Shown here one piece after another: positions 1 through 15,147 of a stretch of DNA of 64,000 nt. Positions within the stretch are counted from its first letter, which is position 1, and every line of letters starts with the position of its first letter. This DNA comes from Rotaria socialis (lineage: Eukaryota). The DNA is taken from positions 124,001-188,000 of the forward strand of contig CAJNYD010000449.1 in NCBI GenBank assembly GCA_905331295.1, written 5' to 3'. The notes under the pieces were generated by a model that did not search any database, had not been told where the DNA came from, and worked only from the letters and a program-made list of their open reading frames with translations. The position numbers and the translations under genes are program-made.

Positions 1-3000
1 GTACAGAGATAACTATACAATTATACAATTCTAAAAATCAAGTTTATAAAACTGGAAGTATGCCTGGAAAACATATTTGTTAGTTTGACAAGTTTTACCA
101 TCATCTTTTCTCGTACAAAAAAAAAACACTCGCTGGTAGTGTTAAGTTAGTAGAAAAAATGTTTATAATCATATTATTCTCTATATAATTCTGTTCAGGA
201 AGCAAAACTAAATTGTTGCGTTACAATAAATACTAATTGTTGGAATCAATTAGCACAATTGTTTTTCCTCACAAACGTATTCTTCTTTACTATTCAGGGT
301 TGTGATTATTTCTAATTGAGATTGTACAAATATTTTTTTAAATGTCCACATAAAATCTTAGTATTTCATACACTTATTGGATGTAGTAAAAACTGTATCA
401 GTTATGATAGAATATCAACTTTGCGTCTATGTCTATTTAGTGAGGCTTAATACACTCTTTGTAAGTACATTCGAGTAGGGAATTAGATAAGCGTTTGTGT
501 TTTGATTGATCGCTGTCATGCAATTTATGCTAAGTTTAGGAGTTCGCTCTCTTGAATTGTATGGTGTTGTCTTTATCTTTCAAAACTAAATACTCTGACA
601 AACTAGAAATATTTTCAAGAAATTTATATATTTCTTTTACACCGTAAGATTGAGAAGTCAAATACATTGAAAAATAGTCAAATGTTTAACGTTATATATT
701 TCGTTTAATAAAAATGGAATTGAGTTAAACCCTGCAGAAAAAATTCTGAATCAGATAAGAAAAAATGCACAACGAACGAAAATTAGTAATCTTTTATAGT
801 TATATATTAGCAAAACAATAAAGTAAAGATCAAGACCTTGTACTATGAGTTATTCTCTGTAAGATTGATTTCTGTCTATGATTTGAGGCAAAATTTGAAA
901 ATCATTCATTCTAGCGCTCTTAAAGGAAACAGAGACATAGACTTTTTTAAATGACGTAAAGAAGCTGTATTCTTGCAGCATTACTCTAGTAGCATGAACT
1001 GTTTTCATACTGCTCGTAACTCATTAGTGTGTACATGATGCACATTGTTCCAAAGCAAAAGTGATTAATTAATCAAGAGAGTTTCTTCGTTATTCAATAT
1101 ATTTTTATGCTTATTTCTGCTTGTCTTAGCTAAAACGATTCATTTAATGTACATTTCTTACAAAATAAATGATGTTTTTCGAATACGCAATAAAATAGAC
1201 AGTAGAAAACACCGTTATGATCATATTCAATGACGATCTAGGTTGTTGAAATTTTATAAGCGAGTTTGATCTATCGAATGTATGCCATGAAAACAAAACA
1301 GAAATATAGCAAGCAAAAATAGCTTGTAATCTTGTATTGCGCACTTTCATTGAGCATCTTATTTGAAATATTTACTCACCGAGAAAAACAAAGAAAAGTT
1401 CAAGTAGAACTTTTTCTTTGATACGTAACTTACGTTGATCGTCAACCCCAATAGTTATTATTAATTTAATAGCAAATACTTGAAAATTCTGCTTTCAAAT
1501 TCTATTATTGTTTCCTTTTCCCTCATTATCTATACGAAATCCAACATTTTAAGTCCAAGAAATGGACAACATGAAGCCATTTTTGACAGCATGTGAAAAA
1601 AAACTCGTTTGACTTCATCTTTGTATGGCAACATAAACGTCAATTTTCTTCATCATCAAATCAATTGAGAATTATTATAATACAGTAGAAAAAAGAATTA
1701 GATGAGCTAAGAAACTTTTTTTCTTATTAACAATGACAGACGTAACGATTGAAGAAGAATATTGAATCTATGTGACCGATGAATAAAAAACCATCAATCC
1801 TTTCTTTCTATTATTATTTTAGATTCTTTTTTTATCGTGTAACTTTATTGTAATAAATTTGCTCCTTTTCTTAGCAGATCGAATGTGTAAAAATCGATTT
1901 TTGTCAGCCAACAATGACCTGAAAATGGCATCCGATGGCAGTCAACAAACAGAACTGTAGCTATAGTACTTGTCTTCTCTTCTTCTTCTTTTTTTCTTCT
2001 TCATCGTCTCTTCTTGTTCTGCTGTCACCCGTTACATGCACGTATTCATATGTCACTGTCGTTGCTCTCGTCCGTCGACGACCATTACATACAAATATAC
2101 ACGCGCGAGAAAGCGAGCAACCACTCAATACTACTAACTACTACTACCACAATTCATTGCGTTATGCATGTATGTATATGTTTGATCAATCGGTCAGTCT
2201 TTTTGATTAGTTAATGATTGCTGCACCAAAGAGTATTTTAACATCATTGTCATTATTATCGTTACAGAACGAGAGCTATTTATTTGTTGTTTTTTTCTTC
2301 ACCATTCCCTTCTCTCTACATATATGTTAGAGAAAAATATTGTATGTCAAAGAAAGAACAGCATACATTTTGCCTCATCGACACAGGCAGATATAGGAAC
2401 ATTGGTATAGAAGGGTGCCAGCAGAAATTATATCAGTAATCATCATTTTTCTCCAGCTTACTCTTCCTTTTGATGGCTGGTGGCCCTCATCCATAGTCCT
2501 TCTTTTCCTCTTTCTCTTCTCTTTCTTGCCATATGTGTGCTCGTTGTTGTTGTCGACAAAAATCGGTGACACTACACTATGTATCCTGCGAACAGGAGAA
2601 ATCGACATAAACACACGCGACTCGTTCGCTTGCGAATTGAGCTGTGTAGCCTACAAACATATAGAAATCTGTTTCTTTCTTCATCGTCTCATACTCATTT
2701 GTGTTCTCTTTCTTCTTGCGTTCTTATGTGTGATGGGGGTGGTGTATGCATATTAATATATGAAAATAGATCTACCGCGTCGCGCCGGTGCCCGAGACCC
2801 CTTTCTCTTATTCTTCTCTCCACACTCTCTCCTTTCCTGCTCACTGCTCGCACGATTTGTTCTTCTTATCTATCTGTCTGTGGGTTCGCGAGCATATAGC
2901 GACTTTTCCTTTCCTTCGGGCGACACTCCACTATACCATAAGCATAGCTTGTGTGTATGTGTGCTTATAGATTTTTTTCTTCCCATTCCTGTACTCCTCC

Positions 3001-3727
3001 TTGGTCAAACAAGCAACGACGAAAGAAAGAACGAACAAACGACGGCGCCGAGAGAAAAGAGAACGGGAGAAGAGAGAAGTTGAACTATAACTATTCAACG
3101 ACGATATATATATATATATATATATTGAAATCTTTCATCGACGACGAACGACGACGAGGCAAACTACAGCAGCAACATATACACACATGATCATGGTGAT
3201 GGTGGCGATAGGCGAAAAAGTGCGTCTTCTCCTCCTCAACGGCTGCTATTGCTGCTGCGGCGGACTGAATAAGAAAAAGAAGAGACGCACCAAGAAAGAA
3301 GAAGCAAAAGAAAGAAAAGAAAAGAAGAAGCAACAGCAACAAACGTTCATTGACTGACTGACTGATCGATTGAACGCGACACACATACAACACCAGATAT
3401 ACCCAACACAGCAGTGCAGTGGTGGTGGTTTGGCCACCGTCACTGTCAGTGATCATTATTGTTTGGTCTCTTTCTCTCTTTGACTCTTACATTTTTCTCC
3501 TTATTATTGTTATACATATTTAATATAAATTTGACAATCTATGTATATACAGGTAGGTACATAATTTTCTTCTACTCATGTGTCAAAATTCCACTACCGG
3601 AATAAGAACGCTAAAAGAAACAGAAAGAAACAAAAAAAAAAAGAAAAGAAAAAATATATATCACAAGAGAAAAAAACAGAGTAGTTTGACATCTGTGTCA
3701 AGTTCTGTTATTTTTTTTTTCAGAAAC

Positions 3728-5985
3728 ATGGCGGCACCTCCACAACAGCAAACAACACCTAGTGATCATCATTATTTCGAATGGGCAACAACTAAACAAC
3801 AAAAACTTGTTGAACAATCATTGAAAGTTGTACCTATTGCTGTCAATCAACAACAAATATCGGCGAATAATACAAACGCAAACAATACTGCAAACATGGT
3901 GCACAATCATCCACATCTTCATAATCATCCATTGATGACTCATACTCATCGACGTCACTATTATCAACATTTCGAAGAAAAACGTTCACTGGAAGATAGT
4001 AAACAAAAACAGAACAAAACAACAAGTGGCATAGTTCCATCTACGATGGCTAATTCACCAAGTCTATCACCTTCATCAACAAATTGTACTAGTAGTGGGC
4101 ATGTGAGGAAAAGACAAAAAACAAATACCAATGGAATTAGCTCGACATCATCAACATCATCACTGAACACAAGCGATGATCATACTCAATCACAAGTAAG
4201 TTCAATTTTTAATAAACAAAGATAGGTACATATTTTATTTACATTGCTCATAAATGATGTAAATATATTTTTTTGCATGTAAAAATTGCGCTGTGAATTT
4301 TACATGTTCGTTTTTGGGAATGATTTTTAACTCTGTCTAAACAGTTATCTCAATGAAATTTTAATTTGAGTGGAAAGATATTTAAAACCAAAAAGATAAA
4401 AAATAGTTTCATAGTTTTTATTTTATTTTTATCTTTAGACGTGTTATCCATTTCAAGCTGAATTAACTCAAAAAATCGATATCGAATGTGGTGGTGGCGG
4501 TAGTAATGGCAGTGGCCAAAAAGCTCATACACCAACACATCATTTCACATTGAGTACAGTGATCAATGTCAGTGTGAATGGTCAAACATCTCAACAACAA
4601 AAACCACTCGATATACTTCCTTCTCCATCATCCTCATCTTTGTCACAGCAACAGTGTCCACTACCTTCCAATGATCAACAAGAGTTCCTTGTTCATCCAT
4701 GTTCATCCTCTTCTCCGTCTATTCTATCTACATCATCGCCTTCAACAGCGTCACCTTCTACAACAATCAATTCAACCAATCTTAATAATAATAATACTAC
4801 TATTAACAACAACAACAACAACAACAACAACAGTTCGAATAATTCGAATAATCCTATTTCAAATTTAATTACTTCAACATCTCCATCAACAAATTTATTA
4901 TCACAATCACCATCAATACTTCCTTCGCCATCTTCTGCGATTTCATTCATACCATTTTCCGAATTGAACTTTTTATCATATATTAAAGATCTTGATTTAA
5001 CAACATTTGATTCATTTGCTTTACCAACATGTCCCAATCCTCAAGATTATTTAACATTTGATGGTTTAATTACATTTTTAAATTCATTAAACACAGGATG
5101 TCTTGTGTCAGATAATAATAATAATAATAATAATTTATCGATACAAAAAACGATAGAATACAATAAGAGATATCAACAACAAATGATTCCTAGATCAGAT
5201 TCGTTGTCATTGAGACAAACACCTTATTTACCAAATACAACTCAACAGTATTCTGATACATACCGAATGCAACAACAACAACAAGTGTACAATTATTCAA
5301 CTCGACCAACGCATTTTGAACAACCTAATCGTTATTATCCTAATCGATATCCATCGATGATATCTCCTTACTCTTCTTATCCATCTTATTCATATCCATC
5401 ACATAATCAAGTAAGCTGAAACGAATTATTAAAATTCTTAATTTTGTTTTTACAGGTTTTTGTGAAATGTATTCATATTTTTTTCTTATTCTATTTTAGC
5501 AATATCAAATGTCTCAACATTATAATTATGCATCACCAACCAATTCTTCTGTGAATGTATCATCAATACCACAACAAAATTCATCTTCAATGATAATGAC
5601 AGGCACATGTACATCCACGTCGTCCATGATACCATCAATGAATCTAACACAAAGTAACCATCCTTCATCATCTAATTATGGATCAGTCCCATCATCATCA
5701 TCATCATCTTATGATCCACTTTCATCACATGTTACTCATTCACCGTCAAATCCAACAACTGGAACAGGAAATGTCTATTCTCCGTCATACTATAGACAGT
5801 CATCTGTACCATCCTATCCGACTTCGATACCACCACCACCACCACAACAACAACAACAATCGCAACAGCAGCAATTGACGCGACAAATATCATCAAATTT
5901 TCCAATGACATCAGTTAATCCTTCAAATCCAACAACATCAAATGTTAATTCTTCATCATCATCGCCCGTTCCTCCTTTCAGATAA
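3728..5985 (+). CDS. Uncharacterised low-complexity Q/S/N/P-rich protein (~641 aa, 3 exons)
   Basis: Exons 3728-4195, 4439-5410 and 5500-5985 join in frame through phase-0 GT-AG introns (CAA|gtaag donors; ctttag and ttttag acceptors). No folded domain recognised. Basic patch RKRQK may be an NLS. Confidence 0.75.
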
Positions 5986-8088
5986 TAAATCACTACACTT
6001 ATTTTTTTCTCTATTTCGCCCGTGTCGGATCTCACATCTATCTCTGTATGCATGTCGCTTCTCGCAATAAGATGCAATCGCTACATACACACAAAGATCT
6101 ACCTGAATCTTTCTCTGTCGTCTATACAACTCTTATATACATATTAAGCCCGGTGCTTTCTCAATTCTATCTATTTTTGTTTTGCTTTGTCTCTTATTGT
6201 CATAAACATTGTACAAAATGACTTCTTTCATTCAGCTGAAAAGAAAATCAGCGCGTGAGCGTGTGCATGTGTGTTCGTAAATGTGTCATTTTTTTCCTAA
6301 TTGTCGTTATTGTTTCTGTTCTTTTTTCTCCTTTCTTTTCTTTATTGATTTCTTTCGTTTTCTTCGATTAATTCGAATTTGTTAGATTTGTATTCACAAT
6401 TGTGCAGCTTTCATTTCTCTAAAAAAGCAAAATAAGATAATGAAAAGATTTCAAATCGTCACGACAATGTTGTCGTGCACATCAAATGATTTCTTTTTCT
6501 ATTTAAATCTGTCTGGTCCACTGTAAGATTGATCAATTAACAGTAGTGACTTTTTATATACAAACGATCAATTTAGACTCTGATCAATATCATACCTTTT
6601 GGTATATCTAGTGAGTAATAGTATATTCAAGTATCCAATTACTCTTAATGTTCTCTTGTCCCAGTTCTTATACGAAGGATTCAGGGCATAATGATTATTT
6701 GTATCGCCTAGTGATATGCTACTTAAATAGATATGACCGTTAAAAGAGAAGTTATCATCATAGAATATTTTGTTTGTACATCTAAAGAATCTTGGATATA
6801 TTAAATGTCTTTCAAAAATTTTATTAATAAAAAGATTTCAATAACTTGAATTAGCTATGCCGAACATTTGATAGTTCTTGTGGGCGACTACCGGATTTAA
6901 TTTACAATTGATGATTCTAAGATTAAAAAATGAATGTAGATTTCTACGCTCTCATCAAATTTTTGAATATTGGTGAAGAATATACTATAAATCAGCCATG
7001 TCATAAGTAGTTTTCACTACTATTAACTGTTATGTTGATGTGTTTGAGAATGGGAAAAGATATGAATAAAAACTTTGTACCAACATTACCGCTCAATGAA
7101 GATTTAATAACTTCCAATGAAGATTAATATTATGCAGCGTTTATTTTCTCTATATGGAAATGTTACTTTCAATTTTGAGCAATATCAACGAATTATCTTC
7201 ATAGTAATAATTTGACCGTCTGTAGTCTGACTGATGCTAGAATTAAATATCTGACTTTTTATTTTTAGACAGTATTGCGACCAGTAGAGTATGATATTAT
7301 CTAATATTCTAAGTTTCAAATCAAATAACTCATAAATTGCCAATTAAAAATTGTTGCTACTATTGATTTTAAATAGGATAGATATAATGACGACTCTATG
7401 AACAATTAAGTATGAAGTATATGTGTATTGACAAAATCAAAAAGTAGAACTTCACCTCCATGATAGATCTAATGAAGTGTATCATATTTTGAGGCAATTT
7501 TTTTGTTGCAATACAATATCTCAAGCCAAGAAACAACATACTTTTTTTAATCAAAACATACAGAATATAGTGCAGTTTATTCAACCTATCTGTGAGGAAA
7601 AGTTTACCGAGTCAAAATTCTTTTTTTTTCGATTTCTTTTTTCTATGTAATCCCCGCTGGATCAAAGATTAAGTAAGAAATATAAAATACATTGCACAGA
7701 AATATAGAGACAAAGCCATTTATAATTTGTTTAATTCTATTAAAGTGTATGTACGTGATTAATATTACCTCGAAAACCAAGTATTAGTTTACTTGACTTA
7801 CTCGTTACAAAACACGCTAGAAATAACTTCATCGAAATGTTCAATGATTAAAATCACAAGAAAAATTAGCATCTTAAGTATATAACAGAGTAACATTGAT
7901 GAATAAAATTCATTTATTAAAAGCTAAGAAATATTTAACGGCTAATATTAGATATGTCAAGAGAAGTTATTTTTAAATATTTAACGAAGTTATATCGAGT
8001 TAGTAGAACAATACAAGCGACCTTTAAGCTCATATTGTTGTCTTAGAATAAAACAGTAATGTTAAATAGAAACTACGTAATAAAATTA

Positions 8089-11000
8089 TCACGCAAATGT
8101 AACAACTGGTCCATGTCGGTCGATCTGCGCAGAAAATAGTGATACATTTGGAATGTTCTCCTGATTTATCAGATTTCGACAGGTTTGCGCATCGTCTGGT
8201 GTTTTAGCAACAGCAGCAAGGAATCCACCACCACCAGCACCTGCTAATGTTACACCTAGAATAGACAGAATAGAGAAAATAATAATACAAACAATTGTAA
8301 ATTCAAGCTACCATATATGTATGGTGTTAGAAGATCGATTAATCGACGACATGTGTCCGGTTCAGAACCTGGCGCAACACGTAATTTTTGTTGCCAATAT
8401 ATTGACATACATTCACCCAATTTCAACAAATTTCCTAAATAATTCTATTCAATAGAAATATTCTTTTAACAAAACTATAAACCTTGTTCAACAGCTTCAG
8501 CTGCTTGTATAGCATTTTCTTCAAGTTCATCAAATAGTTGACTTATTACACCTGAATACCAATTGCGTAAAACTGATTGTAAAAGATTTCGTGCTAAACG
8601 TGTTTGACCTGTATAAACAAGTATTAATCGTTCATCAAAACTATCCCAAAATATTGCATTATTATTGTCTTTAACATTAAGTTGACGCCAAGCAACTTCA
8701 AGTGGTAATTGAGCATTTGATGTTCCTAGTTTAAATGCTGGCAATAAGCCTCCAATTTGATCTTGCCAACCACCACCTGTTGTCATCATTTGTTCAACAA
8801 CCAAAACACCATCTAGATTTCAATTTTTCTTTCAGTTTTATTTAGAAAGATACTAAAACAAATTGACGACCCGGAAAAATACTTACGAATAATCATACTA
8901 TCTGTAACATTGGCAATACCAATAAGATGCCATAATGCAAGTAAAATTGCCCCAGCTAAAATTGAACTTGTTCCAAGACCTGAACCAACAGGCACATTAG
9001 ACCAAACTTCTAGTATTAAACTATAACCAAATAATTTTTTTTTTAATTGTTCAACTAATGTCATAGCTTGTGTTGTATCTAAATCAATAATACGCGTAAA
9101 AATACAACATGTTTTTAATAATGCACAAGGACGCTGTGGTTGATCATAATCTGCGAATTGTGTCAATGAATGTAATTCATATATTTTATCATCTTTTTTA
9201 TGTTCACCTTTGAGAATAAATGTAACCAATGGTGTTGATGTTGATTCAACAAGACTTGCACGAGCACCAATAGGTCTCTGTCCATTTATTGTAATAGCAA
9301 CATTCAATACACTGCCACCATGTTCGTAACAAATCGGTGGTGTATCAGTCCATCCACCCGATAAATCAAGACGAACAGGACATTCGACTATAACTTGTCG
9401 ATATTTTGGTTGTGATAAATTTAATATATCACTATCATTAACTAAACATTTAGATCGACATGTTAAGACACCTTGTTTAATCAATGTTTGTGTTGCACCT
9501 AAAATTTATGTAAAGATCTGTTGTTAGAACAATTCCTATGAAATTCAAATATGAAGATTGATTGATTGGCTGATTGATACGAACTTATTTTTCTTAATGA
9601 GAGAGTTTAACAGCAATTTTTTGTGGTGCATCAGTCTTAATTATAGGGTCAGATCGTGATGAAAAATGAAAAAATTTTCTCAGTTTTTTTGTACTTGAAC
9701 GTTTCTTTATGAAATTCAATTTGAAATGTAATAAAATTCTTACCATCATAGTGCCGGGCAGCTCGTATTAAAAGATCAGGTCTATCAATCCATAATTGTC
9801 TTTGTTTAATTAAATGTTGAATACTCAAAACATATTTTCCTTCTTCAAACATTAACAAGGCATATTTCCATTCACGATTAAGATAGGGCCCAGAACGAAG
9901 ACCAACACGATCTCCACCAGCCATTTCAGCTAGGGTATTAGCAATAGCCGAAAACAGACAAGATAATATTTGTAATTTATTATAATTAGTTAAACATGCA
10001 CGATCAAATGTATCAAGCATATCTTTAGAATGTCCATCAATAATTGTTTGTTTTAATAATTCTAAGTATGAATCATTTGTTCTTTGTTTGCTACCATGGA
10101 GAAATATTAAATTCAAAATTTTTTGTTGAGCTATTCTATGAAATAAATTTTCACGGTATACTATTTCTTTATAATGATCAGCACGAGTTAATATATCAGT
10201 CAGTGATAAACGCCATGAAGATTTCCATCGTTGTCGTAATTCATTTGTTGGATTAAAAAACCAAAGTAAATCTTCCTTCAATGATGACATACTATCAAAA
10301 TGTAATACTGGATAAAGATGAGCATTTGCTAATGTTCTTTTCTCAGAATCATTCTAAAATAATTTATATATATATATATTTATATACATTATGTATCATT
10401 AACTATTCGATAGAAATTTAGATTTTTTTTCTTCTTACCTGTAAATCTGGCCATAAATCCCAAACATCAATACCAGTTTGCTCTTTGAATTTATCCCATG
10501 ACATATTTAATATAGTAAAATTGTCATTAGTAAATAAACAATCAACATTATCATGAATACCAATTATTGTGTAGACATCTAGTCGATTATTTGATGTTTC
10601 ATTTGTTTTTTGTAATGATAAAATAATACGTTGAATAATAACATCACATGGAAGTGTTAAATGAAGATCCTAAAAATAACACAAATCACTTATGAGTCAA
10701 TTTAAAAAAATCCTAATATCTTTACTTCCTTTGAGAAATCAACTGATTTAATACAACAATTATCTCCCAATGTAACACGATTACCAACAATTGAATTATG
10801 TATTGTTACATTTTTACCTAGATGGCATTCATCATTAATAATACTATTTATAATTGATAAATTTTGGGATTTTATTTGGGTTTTATCAATAATTGAATGT
10901 TGAATTGGTAACCATTGAATATCATCACGTTGCGAATGAATATTATTATCATTCAAGTAAGGCCATCGTGAATCAATATATTGAAAATGGCAACTATGTG

Positions 11001-13055
11001 GAAGAATCCCTAAGTAATTCAATCCAAAAAAAGAATAAATATTTTAACAGAAAAAGGTATTTTTACCACATGTAAATTTTGTTCTTCCATTTAAATGATT
11101 CCATAGAAAAGTTTTTGATTGCATTGTTAAATCATTTGTCTGACTTCGATGATGTGATGATAAATATTGATTAAATGTAACATCAATGCAGGCAGCCAAA
11201 AGAAAATCAAAATACAGTGATAACTTGAAAAAAAAGCAGAGAAAAATTAGAGTCGAATAAAAAATTGCAAAAAAAAACTGAATTATTATTTATGAATTTT
11301 TACTTGATTGGGCTGTGATCCACTATCGATACCTTCATAAGTACAACCATCAAGCGGCGGTGTAGCATGAAAATCTTAATAGAGAGAAAAACAATTGAAT
11401 GTATGTGTCGAATTATGATTGATTATCTTACTGATTAATTTTTCAGCAAAATTAACTGAAAAATAAACAATACTGCAGATCTAAATATGATAGAAAGAAT
11501 CTATGATTAGTGAAAAAGATTCAATAGCTTGCAATGGAAATTTCAATGGCGAAGATATGATTGAAAGGTTTCTTTTCTAGTATAACATATTACAAACTGA
11601 GACAAAAAATACTATAGTTAACAATAGAGATTTCGATAGGTTTCTTGAATAAATTTTGAGTAGGGCGTTTCATGCTTTGCTCAAAAGGAGTATAAATCCA
11701 CAACAGTTTGTGAAAGTTTTTCAAGTATTTTATTATTTTCTTCGTTCTTTTTTTGTATAGATCAACGGTATGTGTAGAATTATGTTTTAAGTCATACTCG
11801 AAGTGTTTCTATTTTTATTTTTATTATTTCAAAAAACTAATTCAATAAAAATATTTCTTTATTTTCTTTTACTATTTTTAAGTTGGTCAAAATATTTTCT
11901 CACTGTCTCTCTCTCTCTCTCCATGTTCTACTTACAGTTGGCACTTTTTGGTTATCGTTTGAATATTTATTCAATTCTTGAATTGATGCCCGATATAAAA
12001 TATTTCTAACATTATTCTAAACAATAAAATGTAGGTAGAAATAAACACAGATTTCTTCTCTATTTTTATACTGTTTCTTTATCAACTATGTAAACACCAT
12101 GTTCAGTTGCATATTGAACGTCTTCTAACGTTGCCAATGCATGAATGTCACTGCCGAATGGAATCTGAATACCTTGAAATGTAAGAGATAGAAACTATCA
12201 AAATCGATATATACAATATATATAAATCTGTTAAAACATACCATTTTTTGGTAATGTCACAAATGCATCCGTGCTGCTAACCCAAACACCATAGGGCAAG
12301 TGACTTGAAGCAATCTAAATATTTTGATTATTATTTACTAGGCTAAAATATAATAAAAAAAGTCATACGAAATTATTAAAATCGTATAAAAGTAAGTCTA
12401 AATTAGTTAAAAGCCATGGGTGATTCGGTCCAAAACGAGCAGGTAATGTTGCTAATGAACGATGACATGCATCGTATGGAAAAATTCGACCCTTTAATTA
12501 TAGAAAATGTAAATGATATTTTAATTTTCTTGTTGATGAACAATTAAATTTTACTGTATGAAGAATCAATATATGTGCGGAATGTAAGACATTTGTATTG
12601 ATAAGCTAAAAGAAAATAAATATTTCTTGAATTTCTAGAGAACAAAAATTTTTTAACTAACAGAATAGCCAGCTTTAGCACTTAGAAACTCCGTAGCAAC
12701 TAAGAGCGCATTTAATGTTGCTCCACCACTACCAAGTTTGTCTTGTGGATCATTAACAGTCAGTATCACAGTGGATTTATCGATTAATCCATAACGTTGA
12801 CGTTGTCGAAGAACTGCAACACGACAATATCATCTATTAGCATGTTCATATATTGAAGTATACAGACCAATATCAAATGCATAAACACTTTCTTGATCTG
12901 GTGCTGTAACCACAATAACTGTCCAGTTTACATATCGAGCGTTATCACTTAACGTCAATCGTATCTAAGTAATTAATAGATGTTAAATCCAACAGACATT
13001 CAAGAACAATAAACACGCAAACCTGATCTCCAACAATCAAATTTTCAACAGACAT
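8089..13055 (-). CDS. FCSK: L-fucose kinase (N-terminal nucleotidyltransferase-like region plus C-terminal GHMP kinase), multi-exon
   Basis: N-terminal WTVIVVT...[28 protein letters not shown] motifs [54 protein letters not shown] and [13 protein letters not shown] at 13055, TGA ends at 8089. Confidence 0.95.
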
Positions 13056-15147
13056 CTGAAAGAAACAATAGAATATATTGAATATTTACTTTATATTGTA
13101 AATGCTGACATAGTATTCAACATATAGTATATAATGCACTCGATAAAAGAAAGCAACATAATTCCATAAATCATTAACAGTTTTTAAAGAGTAACTTTGA
13201 TGTCTACTATTCAGATGTGTTTTACTATTTATTTATTCATGTATTTATTTTAAAGATGAATGCATATGATAAATCATCTTTGACATTCAAATAGAATATA
13301 GATTTCAATAAATATCATATTGTTCATATTCGTTCTTTTTTCTTGTACAGTTCTTAAAAGTAATATTTACTTGATGTTGTTTTTCTTTAATACAAACATA
13401 CTTCAAAATCTCAACAGTTTAATTTGTGTTTGTTTTTATTTTTTCAAAAGTAACACTCAAAATAGTAGAAACAGTCGTAAGTTTAATCTAAGCAAATCTC
13501 AATGAAATTTATTTTCGTACGTAACATCAAGTAAAATCTATTTTTTTCATAAAAATTTGTTTTTACTTAAACTTCATATGAAAAATGATAGAGACTAAAA
13601 AAAACTTCATTTGTGTAATTCAACTAGATAAGATCATGTTACCAAATGTTATCTTATAAGATAAGAAAGAAAAAACTATGTTAGAGCAAACGTATATGTC
13701 AATTAGTTCGTCACTTATTTGTATTTTATAGTTGTTTGATTTATAGTAACAGACTCTTAAAAATATTTAACTTACTAATTATATTTTAGCATTCTATTTA
13801 GTGCAAGAAAATTATTTTTATTCTTCTCTAACAAGCATAATTCTCATCTGATTCTTCTGTATACAAACAAAACGTATGTCCACAGAAAAGATCCTCATGT
13901 AGCATCGAATAGTACTGGATAGAAAAATGTTTGTTCAATAGTTTTTCAATTGTGAAATTAATTGAGAAAAAAATCAATTGCATAGAAAGTTAGTTCGTCT
14001 TGTTTAGTTATATTAAGTTTGAATCAAATGCATCCGATTCAATCTCATTAATAGTGAATACTACAAAGCATTAATTTTAAAATCGATATATATATTCATA
14101 CGTGAATTTAGAATTATATATTAATCAAAACTACGATCTATATTGTAAATTTAGAGATGCATTGTTTTAAAATTTATATTTATGATCTAAAGCAATTCTT
14201 TCTATGACCATAGTCACCCAATCATTCAATCAGTCTATTTGAAATTTTCAATAAATTGAACATTGGTAGAAAGTGGACACACCGATTTTAAAGTTTTCAA
14301 CATAAAGAAATTCATTGCTTTTTATAGATTTTTTTCTAAAAAGAAAGGCATATAGCTGCTAAACCTACATTATTAAAAATCGAAATTATGATAAGTATGC
14401 TACAATAATTCAACGCTACTAAAAAAATCTTTTTCACTCTCACTCTCTCTCTTGCGCGCGCTGTCTTTCTATGTCATTCATTGAAGTTCATAGAATAGAC
14501 TATTCAAAATAAAAAAACAAGAGGACATCTTGTGTTTATAACACTTATAATATCTAAACTATGCATAAAATCAAAGAGAGAGAGAGAGAGAGAGAGCGCG
14601 AAAGAAAGACAGAGAAAGAACCGGATAAACAGAAATAGAAAAAGAGAACAAGATGTTTCACCGAACTAGATGAATACATCAGATAATAGTAATTTCGTGA
14701 GATCAACAATGGCACGTTCAACTTTATCAGAAAGAACGAAAACAAACTCGGCACACCTCTTTTAGAAACAAACACAAGAAATTAGTATTAGAATAAAAAA
14801 AGACAAATGAAAGTGCAAAATCGGCCTCGATCACATCAAGGTTTCCGTCTTCTTTTTGCTAACCACTAAACAGGTAAACATACACACCGTGATTTGATCC
14901 GACTTGACTAGCTCATCACATGTTTGACGTATACAAAGAAAGAAAAGAAAATAAGCCAAAGGGAAAAAGACAAAATATTGATTGTATCGAAAACAGACAT
15001 AAGATGAACCGAAAGAGAAAACAATCATGGAAAGAAAACAGAAAATAAACTGATAGACTGTTCTTGTTGTTTTATCAAAAAAAACAAAATTCTATTTTTT
15101 TTCAGTGTTTTTTATAACAGGAACAGTTGTAAGACACAAGTATAATA

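Noticed and set aside
722..770. ELNPAEKILNQIRKN resembles the IS630/Tc1 transposase 'SPELNPIE' motif
   Set aside because: The upstream LPxYSP context and any extended ORF or TIRs are missing, so it is probably chance.
1389..1420. Imperfect hairpin caaagaaaagttc/gaactttttctttg
   Set aside because: It is short and AT-rich, as expected by chance at this composition.
1935..3456. Many overlapping 60-120 aa ORFs
   Set aside because: They derive from low-complexity TC/AG-rich regulatory or UTR sequence and show no consistent exon structure or protein-like motifs.
3549..3558. acag|gtag|gt, a possible recursive splice site or 4-nt exon
   Set aside because: No upstream donor can be assigned, and such short matches are common.
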